Notes under the pieces: generated by a model
What the model was told of the DNA's origin: nothing
What the model saw: only the letters and a program-made list of their open reading frames with translations
Database searches by the model: none
Made by a program: the position numbers and the translations under genes
IMG/VR virus record: IMGVR_UViG_3300013947_000019
Span: 1-64,000 of that record
Length of the DNA stretch: 64,000 nucleotides
Direction: 5' to 3' (one strand)
Source: a virus
Taxonomy: Duplodnaviria > Caudoviricetes
Shown: piece by piece, positions 29,911-40,876 of the stretch
Layout of the letters: each line of letters starts with the position of its first letter
Numbering within the stretch: the first letter of the stretch is position 1

Positions 29911-30395
29911 ATATTATTCCCCCATTCAAAAGTATGCACATCTTCAGGATCTACTTTTAACCATAACATAAACTCTTCTATCATTTTACGAAGAATTTTA
30001 ATTTCTCCAAGAGGGCGCATTTCTTTAATAGATGCAATCATCTTATTCAAATAACTGCAATATTGAATCTTTTCTGCAGTAGTCATAGAGTCAATCTCTT
30101 CATAGATATCTTTCTTCAGATATAAAAAGATTGCAGGAAGTTGCACAAACTGATTATATTCCTCATCCGTTAAGAAAGAATATAATTTTCTGGTACCTGT
30201 CTCATTAGCACATGCTTCAATATTTACTACTGGGTGAACTCTCTGATATTTTACAGTACCAAAACTAATAATATCATACTCATCTGTAAAAATGTCATTA
30301 ACTAATTCTCGATTAGACTTAGGGATATTGAAATATGCTAACAAAAATGGATCTCGACGAATAACCTTAGTAACTTGCGGGGTTACAACAAACAT
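29907..30395 (-). CDS. Hypothetical protein
   Basis: AAGGAGG RBS. Confidence 0.7.
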   Translation of the reverse strand: MFVVTPQVTKVIRRDPFLLAYFNIPKSNRELVNDIFTDEYDIISFGTVKYQRVHPVVNIEACANETGTRKLYSFLTDEEYNQFVQLPAIFLYLKKDIYEEIDSMTTAEKIQYCSYLNKMIASIKEMRPLGEIKILRKMIEEFMLWLKVDPEDVHTFEWGNNI

Positions 30396-30410
30396 GGTTC
30401 CCTCTCCTCC

Positions 30411-31121
30411 TTAAAGTTTTTCTGTAAGCTCAGTTAAATTAGTTTGAAGCATCTTTACTCCAGATGCTGTATCAAATAAACATTGGAAGCAAAGAATAAA
30501 TGGTTCCAGATTCTTACGATTAATAAACCGAGCTTCTGCTTTGCCACCTTTTTTGTTCAACCTAACTACCATAACTCCTTCAACTGTATCTTTTCCATAA
30601 TTTTCTTCATATGCAATTACATATCCTGCAAGCTGTAGGAATTGAGTCAAATAAAATGAAGATGAAGTTTTATAATCCACAAAAATAACTTTTTCAGGAT
30701 CATCCCAACCATCAATCCCACAGTCAATCGTACCACCAAAATTATCAGCGACGACAACTTTTTCAGTAAACTTCACATTGTATGTATGATATTTCAGAAA
30801 CTCTGGCAACCAATTGAAGAAACTATCTAATGCATACCGGACTTCTAACTTATCTCCATAGTCAGAAATATTATACTCATCATAGTCGATATCAGCAAGA
30901 TATCTTTTATTAAAATATTTTTCGATAACAGAATGGCAGAGAGAACCGATATTAGCAGTTCTCTCTAGCTCATCTTTATATTTAATACCTTTAAAACCGA
31001 GCATATTAGCCCAGATAGTGATTTGTTCTTTACCGATTAATTTAATAATCTCAGAGACACGCATTACACGCTCTCCATATTTATTTATATATGCTTTATA
31101 GTTATTATCTGTCTTTTTCAT
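30411..31121 (-). CDS. PD-(D/E)XK exonuclease (Cas4/RecB-like)
   Basis: RVSEII, GSLCH, FTE, GGTIDC, VDYKTS and QLAGY. Confidence 0.85.
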   Translation of the reverse strand: MKKTDNNYKAYINKYGERVMRVSEIIKLIGKEQITIWANMLGFKGIKYKDELERTANIGSLCHSVIEKYFNKRYLADIDYDEYNISDYGDKLEVRYALDSFFNWLPEFLKYHTYNVKFTEKVVVADNFGGTIDCGIDGWDDPEKVIFVDYKTSSSFYLTQFLQLAGYVIAYEENYGKDTVEGVMVVRLNKKGGKAEARFINRKNLEPFILCFQCLFDTASGVKMLQTNLTELTEKL

Positions 31122-31625
31122 CTACTTTGCCTTCCTCTTATAACGCACACAGTTATAATAGTTTCTACACCATGTATTCTGTCGATCATATTTACAACGA
31201 TATAATCGAATATAATTTTTTGTTTTATTATCAGTATAGACTTCATGATCTTTAACTTCTATAGTATGTATACATGTAGCACAACTCTTCTGATCTTCTT
31301 TTGGAATAATTCTACCTTTACCACAATTTAGTTTAGGATAGATATCTTTCTCTGGATCAGTATTTATATACTCTTCACACTGATAAAACTTGAAATCATG
31401 AACCATAATACCGGGAATAAGCTCCAGGTTAATATACCTACGCTTTCTCATTTTTCCACAGCGAAAGCATGTTGTATATTTTGCTTGATATTCAGTAGCT
31501 TTCTGCTCATGTCTCATATCATTAATAGCAGAATCTGTATACGTTCCAGGAACATACCCACTAGACATTCCAGTAGATTTTACATCATTAATAGAACGAT
31601 AATCATCATGCATTAAATGAACCAC
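31122..31625 (-). CDS. Cys-rich hypothetical protein
   Basis: CFRC, CATC and several further Cys; AAGGGTGG RBS. Confidence 0.65.
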   Translation of the reverse strand: MVHLMHDDYRSINDVKSTGMSSGYVPGTYTDSAINDMRHEQKATEYQAKYTTCFRCGKMRKRRYINLELIPGIMVHDFKFYQCEEYINTDPEKDIYPKLNCGKGRIIPKEDQKSCATCIHTIEVKDHEVYTDNKTKNYIRLYRCKYDRQNTWCRNYYNCVRYKRKAK

Positions 31626-31686
31626 CCTTTCTTTTATGAAATGGTACTTAATATGGTGTTGAACAAGTATTCAAAAACAACAACTT

Positions 31687-31700
31687 GACATTAGTATAAT
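31687..31700 (+). promoter_or_regulatory. Late-like promoter GACA-TTAG-TATAAT
   Basis: Start of the + strand structural block. Confidence 0.6.
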
Positions 31701-31745
31701 ATCTACTAATACCTTATTTAATTATATCGAAGGAGGAATCCTGAC

Positions 31746-32804
31746 ATGGTTGAAACTATGGCTAATGAATTCATCCCGAATTGTTCCGGTATAGAAACTC
31801 TGGATGAATCTATTGGCTCTCGTGGTATTTATTACCGCTTAGGAGAGTCAGAATTTTTTGAGTATGCAAATACACATGCTCTTGTTGGTGGCATCAAGAT
31901 GATTGATGTAATCCCTCGTATGGTTATGAAGGATCAGGGATTTATTCACGTATCTTTGCAGATGCTTGATCGTCAGACAATATTTGAACTGTTTGAATCT
32001 GGTAGATTTAAGATGCCTTGTAAAAAGACTCTGCGAGAGATGCTGGATAAAGGTCAGGTTGTGATGGTGTATAGTGATAAATATCGTCTGCCTGTTTCTA
32101 TTCCTTATATTGCTCAAACTAAGAGTAAGAATGACGCCACTATCTATATTAATATCTCTGACTTCGTTGAGATGGATCAGTATGGTCAATTCTCGGTGAA
32201 AGTAGTGCGCAACTATAATGCACTGATGGCCTTGATTCTTGCTGGCTGTTTGACTTACCGTATTGTCACTCTTAACTCTTCTCTCCCCTCTGATCTTGCT
32301 GATGGCATGGTTCTTTTATATGCCAGCATGATGGAATCTGTTATTAATTCTATGGTTCATATGGACCCTCTTACCAGAGAGAAGATTCGTTATCTGGCTT
32401 CTGAGTTCTGCTTGGTTCAGATGTATGGTACGCAGAATGGTTTAAGTATGTTTAGCCGTTTACGTAACTCTTACTTCCCGAAGCTGTCTAAGCTCATGAT
32501 GGATGCTATTGATAATCAGTTTGATGAGGATGCTTTTGATAAGTTTACCTTATGGGTTGGTGAGCTTACTCGTCTGTATCCTTCTCTTCGTGGACTGACT
32601 ACCTATGCAATCTATGATAAGTGGATCAAGAGATATGGACCTGCTACTGCTATGTCTATTGACTATCTGGGGTATCATATCTATACAATTTGTATGATCC
32701 TGATGGAAAGTCCTCTGACAACTCGCACTACACTTGAACCAATGATGGAAAAGTGTAAAGGTGCTGATATGTTCCGCCGTATCCAGGCGATTATTGGAGT
32801 ATAA
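31746..32804 (+). CDS. Hypothetical protein, probably virion structural
   Basis: AAGGAGG RBS, late-like promoter, first gene of the + strand block. Confidence 0.75.
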   Translation: MVETMANEFIPNCSGIETLDESIGSRGIYYRLGESEFFEYANTHALVGGIKMIDVIPRMVMKDQGFIHVSLQMLDRQTIFELFESGRFKMPCKKTLREMLDKGQVVMVYSDKYRLPVSIPYIAQTKSKNDATIYINISDFVEMDQYGQFSVKVVRNYNALMALILAGCLTYRIVTLNSSLPSDLADGMVLLYASMMESVINSMVHMDPLTREKIRYLASEFCLVQMYGTQNGLSMFSRLRNSYFPKLSKLMMDAIDNQFDEDAFDKFTLWVGELTRLYPSLRGLTTYAIYDKWIKRYGPATAMSIDYLGYHIYTICMILMESPLTTRTTLEPMMEKCKGADMFRRIQAIIGV

Positions 32805-32865
32805 ACATTATATGGGAGGAGCTATTGCTGCTCCTCCCATAATACAATGAAAGGAGGGTTACTCC

Positions 32866-35800
32866 TTGGATATCACTGAAATTCGTCGCTCAGAAATATA
32901 TAATACGCTGAGTTGGATGGGACTCTTAAGTACAGAAGAATATCGTATTCGAGAAGTCCGCAATACTCCCAGCAAATATTATATCGATCTTGATTTAGAA
33001 AATACAGATATCGAACGAGTTGGATATCTGTACCCTCATGTCAGAATCAAGTCTGAATATAAAGACGTATGTGAACTCTGGTTTGATAATCAGTATATCA
33101 ACCCAAAAAGATGCACTTGGATTGATACGAATAATGGTACATATTGTATTACTGATAAAGCATATGATGATCAAAAGCCCGTTAACTGTTTTATCAATCC
33201 TAGTATCATCATCCGATACACAAATCTATCCGATGATCCCGAGAAAGAATTAGAGCATGTTGTGGATATTGATACGACTGATTTGATTTATTCTAATATT
33301 ATCAATATTGAACATTGTGCTTACTATATTTCTCAGAATAAAGTTCGAGTTCCCACTATAGAATGGCTGGATGCAAAGACCTTACGTTTCCATGCTCCAT
33401 ATAAAGAAGATATTGACTTCTTCCTGTGCAGTAATGTAGTAAATGTAGTTGAAGCAACTGCTAATATAGGTGTATATCTTGACCAACCTTATTCGAATAA
33501 ATGCTATCATGAAATCTTTGTAGATCATGAAAGAGATTATCCAATTGATGCAAGATTTTATCCTTGTGTTTCAGTAGATAAAGATTGTGTCATTCGTGTA
33601 TTTTCTTATAATAGTCATACAATTCTTTATCCTGATGTATGCAGATTAATTTTGTATCCTGAATTTCTGGATGTAGATGATCCATATAATACAGATAAAC
33701 TTGGAATGACTGATTTGCCTCGAATTGATGACTGCATCAAGAGTTCTGACTCTGATACAGTAATCGAAGAGAAGTTTTCTCATATTGCTCAATATTTTTA
33801 TCGAATGTGGGAAAAGTTTCCTGTAGACACTACTGAGCAATCTGACTTTATCATATGTGACAATGGTAGACTTGGAGATGAGCACTTCTTACGTAGGACT
33901 GTAGGATTAGTTGATGTAAAAGAAGAAAGAATTGTATCAACTGTTCCTGTAGAAGAATTCCGTGATGTGTTATTGTATAATGGAATGATGTTTAATGATT
34001 ACATTGTACGTAATATGCGAGTGGATGCTAAAGGAAACTATGTAGAAGATACAAAAGATGGTGTTCCAAGTTATATCATTTCTAATGAATATGATGAAAA
34101 CCAATTTACACTAATTAAGTTTAATACTGGTGAAGATACAACAATTATGAATATTGGTGATTACGTTGATACAAAGAATATTGCTCAACTTCACCGTAAG
34201 GTTAATCGTTTTTATCGAAACCTGTTATTAATTCGTAGTGAACTATTGGATGATAATATTCAGGATAAAGTTCATATTGGTACTAAAAGACCCTCTCAAG
34301 TTGATGAATATCTCTGGTATGAGTTATTAATCAATGCTAACCCTGAAATGTTTAAGAATCATCTGATTGATGCTATCCATATTTTTGGTTTAGATGAGGC
34401 TGATATTCCTGATGATATTAAAGAGGGTGCATATAAAATTGATATGGATCCAATGACTGGTCCTAAAACCTATACAGAATTAATGATGACTTACTTTAAT
34501 CTTACAAAGAGCTATCGTAAGTATCTCGTTCTTCATATGGGTGATGGAGTAGAGGATCCTCGTATTCAGATTTTCCACAAAATTCATACTGGTAAAATCA
34601 AGAATCCAGATTTGAATGCTATGACGATAGAAACAGATACAGAAGAGACCACTGAAACTGAATATGAAACTGGTTTCAAAGATCATCCTGTATCTGGTGA
34701 ACATCGAGAAGGTAATCTATATGTAGAAGCTCAATACATTGGTGATGATACAAATACTCGTATCGATCAAATTGAGCTTGGTCCTAATACTCCCGAACCA
34801 AATGAGCATACGTTGTGGATTGATGCTCCTTCCAGTGCTATTAATGGAATCACTGCTGCACCTAATGAGTTAGATAGTACGACTGAGATTATTGACGTAG
34901 TAAATGACCCTTCTACCATTAATGATCCTAAGAAATCTGACTATGCCTTAGATTCTATTAATGATACATTAGAAGAAGATTCTGAAATCAGTATTGATGA
35001 CCTGTTTGGTGATGATACTGATTTTGATGATGAAGATGATGAAGTAGAGGATGGCGAAATGCCAGATGATCCTAATATGATGTCTGGTATCAGCGCAGCC
35101 ATTGCTGAAAACCGTCAAGCTTCTGATGTCATCAATCCAACAGCTGGCATGTTAGCATTGGATGATATCTCTTATTATAATGAAGAGACTGGCGAGAAGA
35201 TTAGTATGGAAGAAATTGAAAAGATGTCCCATGATGAGAAGGTTGGAGTAGCAAAGAAGTTTATTACTGATGATGATACTCCTACTAATGCAAACATTGG
35301 AGATCTATGGGTTTCTTATTTAAATACTTCTTCTGAAGAAGTCTTGAATACTGTTGTATATAAGATTCTACTCAGTGCATATGTACTTGGTATGGATAGA
35401 CCCGAAAAAGGAACTCTGGTTATCGAGGGTGATGATTTACCTGAAGAGGAGGATACGGTTGCTATTGGTGATAGTACTCGACATACTGCACCTAATCAGT
35501 TATTGATCCATACTGACTTCAATGCTATGGGTGAAGAGATTCCTGATTATGAGATTGTGAAGAAAGAAGCTCTTACTTATATCTTATCAGTAAAAGAGCC
35601 TGATAACCCGAAGAAAAATGATATCTGGCTCTCCATGCCTGCATCCTTCAAGGTTGAAATCATCATTGACGTTATTTCTCATACACTGGAAGAGTTTGGT
35701 GAAGAACTGCCTGAAGGATACTTCTATGATGATGGTTATGAGGCTACAGCTACTATGGGCTTCGATTATTTTGCTCATGATAAAGGTACAAGTGGTCTTG

Positions 35801-36873
35801 GTGAAGAGTTCCAGGAATCTTCTTCTGATAAACTGAATAAAATTATTTTCGATAATGATATAGAAACTGCTACTATCGAAGATAATGATATCTGGTTTGA
35901 ATTCTTAGATGATATTGACAATCGAGTTGTCTATAGTGATGAAAACTCTATGGTTATTCGAGTTGACGAAAGATTAATTCTTGTTAATTTCAATCGAGAA
36001 GGAATTATTGGATATGCTTTCGATGATATCTTGATTAACTTCCGTGGTAAACAAGGTATTCGATATCTTTCTATTGTATCCGATTTGATCAATAGTGGAG
36101 TTATCACTAAAGACGATATTGATATCTTCTATAAGAGATTAATTACATTCCATGATGAGTTTGATCCGAATCTGAAGAGACTATATACAGGAACATCACA
36201 TGTATTATCTACCACAAAAGTAGATATGAATGATTTTGCTGTTCTATATTCTACTAATATCGGAAGATTCAGAATGAACTATGCAGATGAAAGCACAACA
36301 AACACCGAACGAGCTGGAGCATATCAACTCTGTATTGATTATAGAGAAAGAGATTTTGCTTTCTTGAAGAATCGTATGCTTTTATTTGTCAATGGTAAAT
36401 ATATTCCCAGGAATAATTATAGGGAGAATTTCCCAGGTAAGATTCAACTCCTTAATTGGAATGAATTGATAACCACAGTTGATATTCTGTATTCGAAGAA
36501 AGATGAACATTTAATGGATATGAAGAAGCTTGCTATGAAACATAGTCAAGCTCCTGATAATAGTAAAATGATTGAACGCCCATCTAAGTTTGATGAAATG
36601 ATTCCTATTGAAGCATATGATCAAACGATGAAGGGATATTATGATATTTTACTGGATGAATATATCCTGAATGGAAAGCTTGTTCGAATTTTGAATTATC
36701 TGGAAGAACATCCTGAAGAAGCAAACGATTATCGTAAAGATATTATTCGTAAATTCCATGATATATCAGATACTGGTTTATCTGGAATTGATGAAGCAGA
36801 TGCTCGAATTGTTATTCCTACCAATACGGATATTGATATACCTCCGTATCAAATCGGTGTTGATCAAGACTGA
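32866..36873 (+). CDS. Large acidic virion/baseplate-associated protein, 1335 aa
   Basis: GAAAGGAGG RBS with TTG start; repeated P...(G/N)D(L/I)W motifs typical of tail appendage proteins. Confidence 0.7.
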   Translation: MDITEIRRSEIYNTLSWMGLLSTEEYRIREVRNTPSKYYIDLDLENTDIERVGYLYPHVRIKSEYKDVCELWFDNQYINPKRCTWIDTNNGTYCITDKAYDDQKPVNCFINPSIIIRYTNLSDDPEKELEHVVDIDTTDLIYSNIINIEHCAYYISQNKVRVPTIEWLDAKTLRFHAPYKEDIDFFLCSNVVNVVEATANIGVYLDQPYSNKCYHEIFVDHERDYPIDARFYPCVSVDKDCVIRVFSYNSHTILYPDVCRLILYPEFLDVDDPYNTDKLGMTDLPRIDDCIKSSDSDTVIEEKFSHIAQYFYRMWEKFPVDTTEQSDFIICDNGRLGDEHFLRRTVGLVDVKEERIVSTVPVEEFRDVLLYNGMMFNDYIVRNMRVDAKGNYVEDTKDGVPSYIISNEYDENQFTLIKFNTGEDTTIMNIGDYVDTKNIAQLHRKVNRFYRNLLLIRSELLDDNIQDKVHIGTKRPSQVDEYLWYELLINANPEMFKNHLIDAIHIFGLDEADIPDDIKEGAYKIDMDPMTGPKTYTELMMTYFNLTKSYRKYLVLHMGDGVEDPRIQIFHKIHTGKIKNPDLNAMTIETDTEETTETEYETGFKDHPVSGEHREGNLYVEAQYIGDDTNTRIDQIELGPNTPEPNEHTLWIDAPSSAINGITAAPNELDSTTEIIDVVNDPSTINDPKKSDYALDSINDTLEEDSEISIDDLFGDDTDFDDEDDEVEDGEMPDDPNMMSGISAAIAENRQASDVINPTAGMLALDDISYYNEETGEKISMEEIEKMSHDEKVGVAKKFITDDDTPTNANIGDLWVSYLNTSSEEVLNTVVYKILLSAYVLGMDRPEKGTLVIEGDDLPEEEDTVAIGDSTRHTAPNQLLIHTDFNAMGEEIPDYEIVKKEALTYILSVKEPDNPKKNDIWLSMPASFKVEIIIDVISHTLEEFGEELPEGYFYDDGYEATATMGFDYFAHDKGTSGLGEEFQESSSDKLNKIIFDNDIETATIEDNDIWFEFLDDIDNRVVYSDENSMVIRVDERLILVNFNREGIIGYAFDDILINFRGKQGIRYLSIVSDLINSGVITKDDIDIFYKRLITFHDEFDPNLKRLYTGTSHVLSTTKVDMNDFAVLYSTNIGRFRMNYADESTTNTERAGAYQLCIDYRERDFAFLKNRMLLFVNGKYIPRNNYRENFPGKIQLLNWNELITTVDILYSKKDEHLMDMKKLAMKHSQAPDNSKMIERPSKFDEMIPIEAYDQTMKGYYDILLDEYILNGKLVRILNYLEEHPEEANDYRKDIIRKFHDISDTGLSGIDEADARIVIPTNTDIDIPPYQIGVDQD

Positions 36874-36951
36874 CTAAATAGGGAGGGTCCATTGGGCTCT
36901 CCCTATTCTTTTCTTGGAGGAACAACCATATAATAATCTAGACATAAAGGA

Positions 36952-38175
36952 GTGATTTCTATGGATACTCAGCCCGTGCTGACTCCATTTCAGATGGAAC
37001 TTCTCTCTAATATTTTCCGTGTTATGATTAAAGAGATCGTAACAGATGAAGATAAAGAAAAATTGGCTCCTGGTGAAATGGGAATCAATTATAAAGAGGG
37101 ATCTTTTTATATTCGTAATCCCCATACAGGTGAATTATTTACTCCAAACAGTTTAAGCTATCTCAATCAGATTTTATCTAAGTATGAGGATGAGACTAAT
37201 TTACTGAATGCTGATAGAGCTGGTGGTATTCGTTTTTATTCTAATATTTCTCAGCTTACTCAGCTTGGTATTTCTTTAACTGCTGATAGTATTATCCGAC
37301 AGATGGAATATCCAGGTATTTTGATGAGCCCTGTGGAATATGAAAATTATGAGATTCTTGGTATGCCTAGCAATTCTGGTATGATTTTGGTATTCAAAGC
37401 AGCTCCTGAATTTGTAATTGCTACCTATTATGATAATCTGACTCGTATCACATATCAAGGAAGATATAATCCTTTTAAACAATATTTTGAAGGATGGATT
37501 TGTCAAGATGCTCCCAGCGGGTTTATTACTGCTGAAGGTGATGCTGATAGAATCAAAATTCGTATGGAAAATCTTCCTGAAGATATGGAACCTATTACCT
37601 TACGAGTACCATATGGTGTAAACCCTGGTGCTACTATTTCTGTGAATAATCAGGCTTTCCAGCCTATTATTACGGCCTCTGGAGATCCTCTGGGGTCGAC
37701 CATAACTGCAAACAATATTATAATGCTTATCTACGATGATATGCGTAAATCGTGGATTTTATCCAACTCTAACGAGTCCACCATCAATAGTGTGATCACC
37801 GTACTCCGTGAACGTGTCGAGACTGCAACTGCTGATATTGATAAGGCTGTTAAAGACTACAGAGAGCGGCTGGATCAGCTTACCAAGTCGGTAAATGATG
37901 ATATTGCCGCACTGAAAGCTCGTCCAGGTGTAATCAGTAATGTAACTAGCGACCTTACTATTATGCAGGATAATCTCAATATGATCACTGGTATTACAGG
38001 ATTTGATCAGAGATATGATAAGCTGTTGGTTAACTTCCAGCAGACTATCCTCCGTCAAGGTCTGGATTATACAATTGATGAAGAAACTGGTAACCTTTAC
38101 TTTAAGGACATCAGATTCAATAGTGGTGATGTATTGCAATTCATTGTTCTTAAGCAAGCTCGACCTACCGAGTAA
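36952..38175 (+). CDS. Tail/baseplate-associated protein
   Basis: Late-like promoter at 36921-36934; LAPGEMGIN fibre-attachment-like motif; C-terminal KLLVNFQQTILRQGLDY module. Confidence 0.65.
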   Translation: MISMDTQPVLTPFQMELLSNIFRVMIKEIVTDEDKEKLAPGEMGINYKEGSFYIRNPHTGELFTPNSLSYLNQILSKYEDETNLLNADRAGGIRFYSNISQLTQLGISLTADSIIRQMEYPGILMSPVEYENYEILGMPSNSGMILVFKAAPEFVIATYYDNLTRITYQGRYNPFKQYFEGWICQDAPSGFITAEGDADRIKIRMENLPEDMEPITLRVPYGVNPGATISVNNQAFQPIITASGDPLGSTITANNIIMLIYDDMRKSWILSNSNESTINSVITVLRERVETATADIDKAVKDYRERLDQLTKSVNDDIAALKARPGVISNVTSDLTIMQDNLNMITGITGFDQRYDKLLVNFQQTILRQGLDYTIDEETGNLYFKDIRFNSGDVLQFIVLKQARPTE

Positions 38176-38227
38176 AAGAACGTAGGTAATTCAGAAAATT
38201 CTATTATATGAAAGGTGGAATTTTATT

Positions 38228-40822
38228 ATGGCTACTATTCAGAAAACCACTCTGAAGCGCTTCAATGGTACCGATTGGGATCCCGTATATCTGGCTAACT
38301 CTGCTGATATCAGCTACATTGGTACTGGTTTCGAGGTTGCTTCTGGTGAAGGTTTTGAGAAGGGCGAGAGCATCTCTGCCTCCGCTTCTACCTATGAGAT
38401 TCTGAAGCGCACCGTTGAGGGCCTGACCGCTGTTATGAAGGACAAGATCCCCGCCCTGGAGGCCGGTACTTCTCTGTCCAGCGTCGATGTCAAGCTGCTG
38501 AAGGGTGTTATCGATCGTGCTAACCTGCCTGCTGATGTTGGCGGTAAGGGTAAGGAAGTTGAGTCTGAGGATGCTAAGGCTGCTCTGACCAAGACTGATG
38601 TTAACATTGGTGATATCGTTAAGGTTAACGGCGGTAAGGTTTACCTGGTGACTGGCGTTGAGCCTATGGCTTTCATGGAGCTGTCTGATTCTGCTTCTGA
38701 GATCGCTTGGAGCCGTATCACTGGCACTCCGACTACGCTGGCCGGTTATGGTATTACTGACAAGCTGGTTGCTGAGTCTGAGAAGGTCACAACCGCTTCT
38801 GTCGCTAACGCTGGTAAGATTCTGGTTCTGAACGCTGAGGGCAAGCTGGATGCCGATGTCACTGGTAGCGCTGCTAAGTTTGGTGGTCAGGAGCCTTCCT
38901 ACTACACCACTAAGGCTGACCATGACACTCTGGCCGGTCGTGTTACCACTAATGAGGGTGATATCAGCACGCTGAAGACTGACATCAAGGCCATTGATGC
39001 CGCTTGGATCACCAAGGGTGTTATCAGCATTGATCGTCTGCCTGCTACCGCTGTTGAGCGTGTCTACGTGACTCCCGATGAGGCTGGTCGTCAGGCTCTG
39101 ACCACCGAGCAGGTCCAGAATGGTGATACCGTTAAGGTTAATGCCACTGGCAAGATGTTCTTTGTGGTCGATGATACTAAGCTGGGTACTGCTGAGTGGG
39201 CTGATGCTTACATGGAGTATTCCGCTGGTGTTGCTGGCTCCGTTGCTTGGTCCGGTGTTACTGGTACTCCTACGACTCTGGCTGGCTACGGTATTACCGA
39301 TGAGCTGGTTAAGGCCGATGAGGTCGCTGCCACTGCTACCGCTAACAAGCTGCTGAAGCTGAATGGTGATGGTAAGCTCGAGGCTGATGTTGTTGGTTCT
39401 GCCAGCAAGCTGGGCGGCCAGGAGGCTTCTTACTATGCTAAGCAGTCTGACATGACTACGGCTAACACCAATATCACCAAGAACGCTACCGACATCAAGG
39501 ATCTGCAGGATGCTGTTGGTCTTGGTGGCGGTACTGGTGGTAACTCTATGCGTGAGGATATCACTGCTCTGCAGGGTCGTATGACCACTGCTGAGACTGA
39601 TATCACCAACCTGAAGGCTGGTACTGCTATCACTGCTCTGGCTGCTTCCAAGATCACTGGTACTCTGACCCGTGCTCAGCTGCCTGCTGATATCTCTGGT
39701 CGTCTGTTTGCTAAGGCTGATCTGGCCGAGGCTAAGGAGTCTCTGACCAAGGATACCGCTGCTGTTGGTGATATCGTTAAGTGTGCCAATGGTAAGGTCT
39801 ATGTCATCACTGATGCTAATTCTCTGGATGCTGATGCTGGTTATACTCTGATCGTTGACGTTGCTGGTTCCGAGATCCAGTGGTCTCAGATCAAGGGTGT
39901 TCCCACGACTCTGGCTGCTATGAACTGGGCCGATGCCGTTACCACTGCTATGCTGGCTGATGAGGCTACTGTTGCTAATGCTGGTAAGCTGCTGAAGATC
40001 GGTGCTGATGGTAAGCTGAAGGCTTCTATCTCTGGCGATGCTATGAGCCTGAATGGTCATGCTGATACGTACTTTGCTACCAAGGAAGAGCACGATGCTC
40101 TGAATACCACTGTTACCGGTGAGGCCGCTAAGGTTACCGAGCTGCAGGGTCAGATCAAGGCTATCGATGCTACCTGGATTACCACTGGCAAGATCGACAT
40201 CGAGCGTCTGCCTCATGGTGCTCTGGAGCGTTGCAAGGTCGTTAAGGATGATGCTGCCCGTAAGGCCCTGACGAAGGATGATGTTCAGAATGGCGATACC
40301 GTTAAGGTTACCGATACTGGTCTGATGTACTTCGTCGTCGATGACACCAAGCTGGCTGAGGATGCTGGTTATGAGGTCTATACTGCCGGTACGGCTTCTG
40401 CTGTTGACTGGTCTGGTATTACCAACAAGCCCACTACGCTGGCTGGTTATGGTATCACTGATGCCGTTAATAAGAACGAGAAGGTTACCGTTGCCTCTAC
40501 CGCTAATGCTGGTAAGATCCTGGTTCTGAACGATGCTGGTAAGCTGGACGTTGACATTACCGGTTCTGTTGCTTGGGCTAAGATCACTGATGCTCCCACG
40601 AGCACTGTTGCTGCTATCGATGCTGCTGTTGAGGCTGCTACTCATAGCAACCGCGCTGTTCTGGATAAGCTGTCTGAGGTCGATGGTGTCCTGGCTTACA
40701 ATGGTGCTAAGGTCGCTACTGCTGATGAGCTGTCCAAGGTCTCTCTGGGTGCCCTGCAGGTCGTTGAGACTGCTCCTGCCGATGCCACTGCTGGCCAGCT
40801 GGTCCTGGAGGCTATTAAGTAA
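38228..40822 (+). CDS. Tail fibre-like protein with four long internal repeats
   Basis: Four copies of [RxxLP...GDxVK...WSxxxxxPTTLA...KxLxxxxxGKL]; extreme codon bias. Confidence 0.8.
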   Translation: MATIQKTTLKRFNGTDWDPVYLANSADISYIGTGFEVASGEGFEKGESISASASTYEILKRTVEGLTAVMKDKIPALEAGTSLSSVDVKLLKGVIDRANLPADVGGKGKEVESEDAKAALTKTDVNIGDIVKVNGGKVYLVTGVEPMAFMELSDSASEIAWSRITGTPTTLAGYGITDKLVAESEKVTTASVANAGKILVLNAEGKLDADVTGSAAKFGGQEPSYYTTKADHDTLAGRVTTNEGDISTLKTDIKAIDAAWITKGVISIDRLPATAVERVYVTPDEAGRQALTTEQVQNGDTVKVNATGKMFFVVDDTKLGTAEWADAYMEYSAGVAGSVAWSGVTGTPTTLAGYGITDELVKADEVAATATANKLLKLNGDGKLEADVVGSASKLGGQEASYYAKQSDMTTANTNITKNATDIKDLQDAVGLGGGTGGNSMREDITALQGRMTTAETDITNLKAGTAITALAASKITGTLTRAQLPADISGRLFAKADLAEAKESLTKDTAAVGDIVKCANGKVYVITDANSLDADAGYTLIVDVAGSEIQWSQIKGVPTTLAAMNWADAVTTAMLADEATVANAGKLLKIGADGKLKASISGDAMSLNGHADTYFATKEEHDALNTTVTGEAAKVTELQGQIKAIDATWITTGKIDIERLPHGALERCKVVKDDAARKALTKDDVQNGDTVKVTDTGLMYFVVDDTKLAEDAGYEVYTAGTASAVDWSGITNKPTTLAGYGITDAVNKNEKVTVASTANAGKILVLNDAGKLDVDITGSVAWAKITDAPTSTVAAIDAAVEAATHSNRAVLDKLSEVDGVLAYNGAKVATADELSKVSLGALQVVETAPADATAGQLVLEAIK

Positions 40823-40876
40823 GGTAACTTACTTAGGAGTTTATAGCTAAGTAATAATGAAAGGCTTGGTGTTTAA

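Noticed and set aside
30411-31121. Cas4 as part of a CRISPR-Cas system
   Set aside because: No Fe-S cysteine cluster, no other cas genes and no array; an ordinary phage PD-(D/E)XK exonuclease.
38204-40645. 813-aa antisense ORF overlapping the tail-fibre gene
   Set aside because: Shadow of extreme codon bias: the sense gene avoids TTA/CTA/TCA, so the antisense frame has no stops. No RBS, and the S/T/Q-rich translation is not protein-like.
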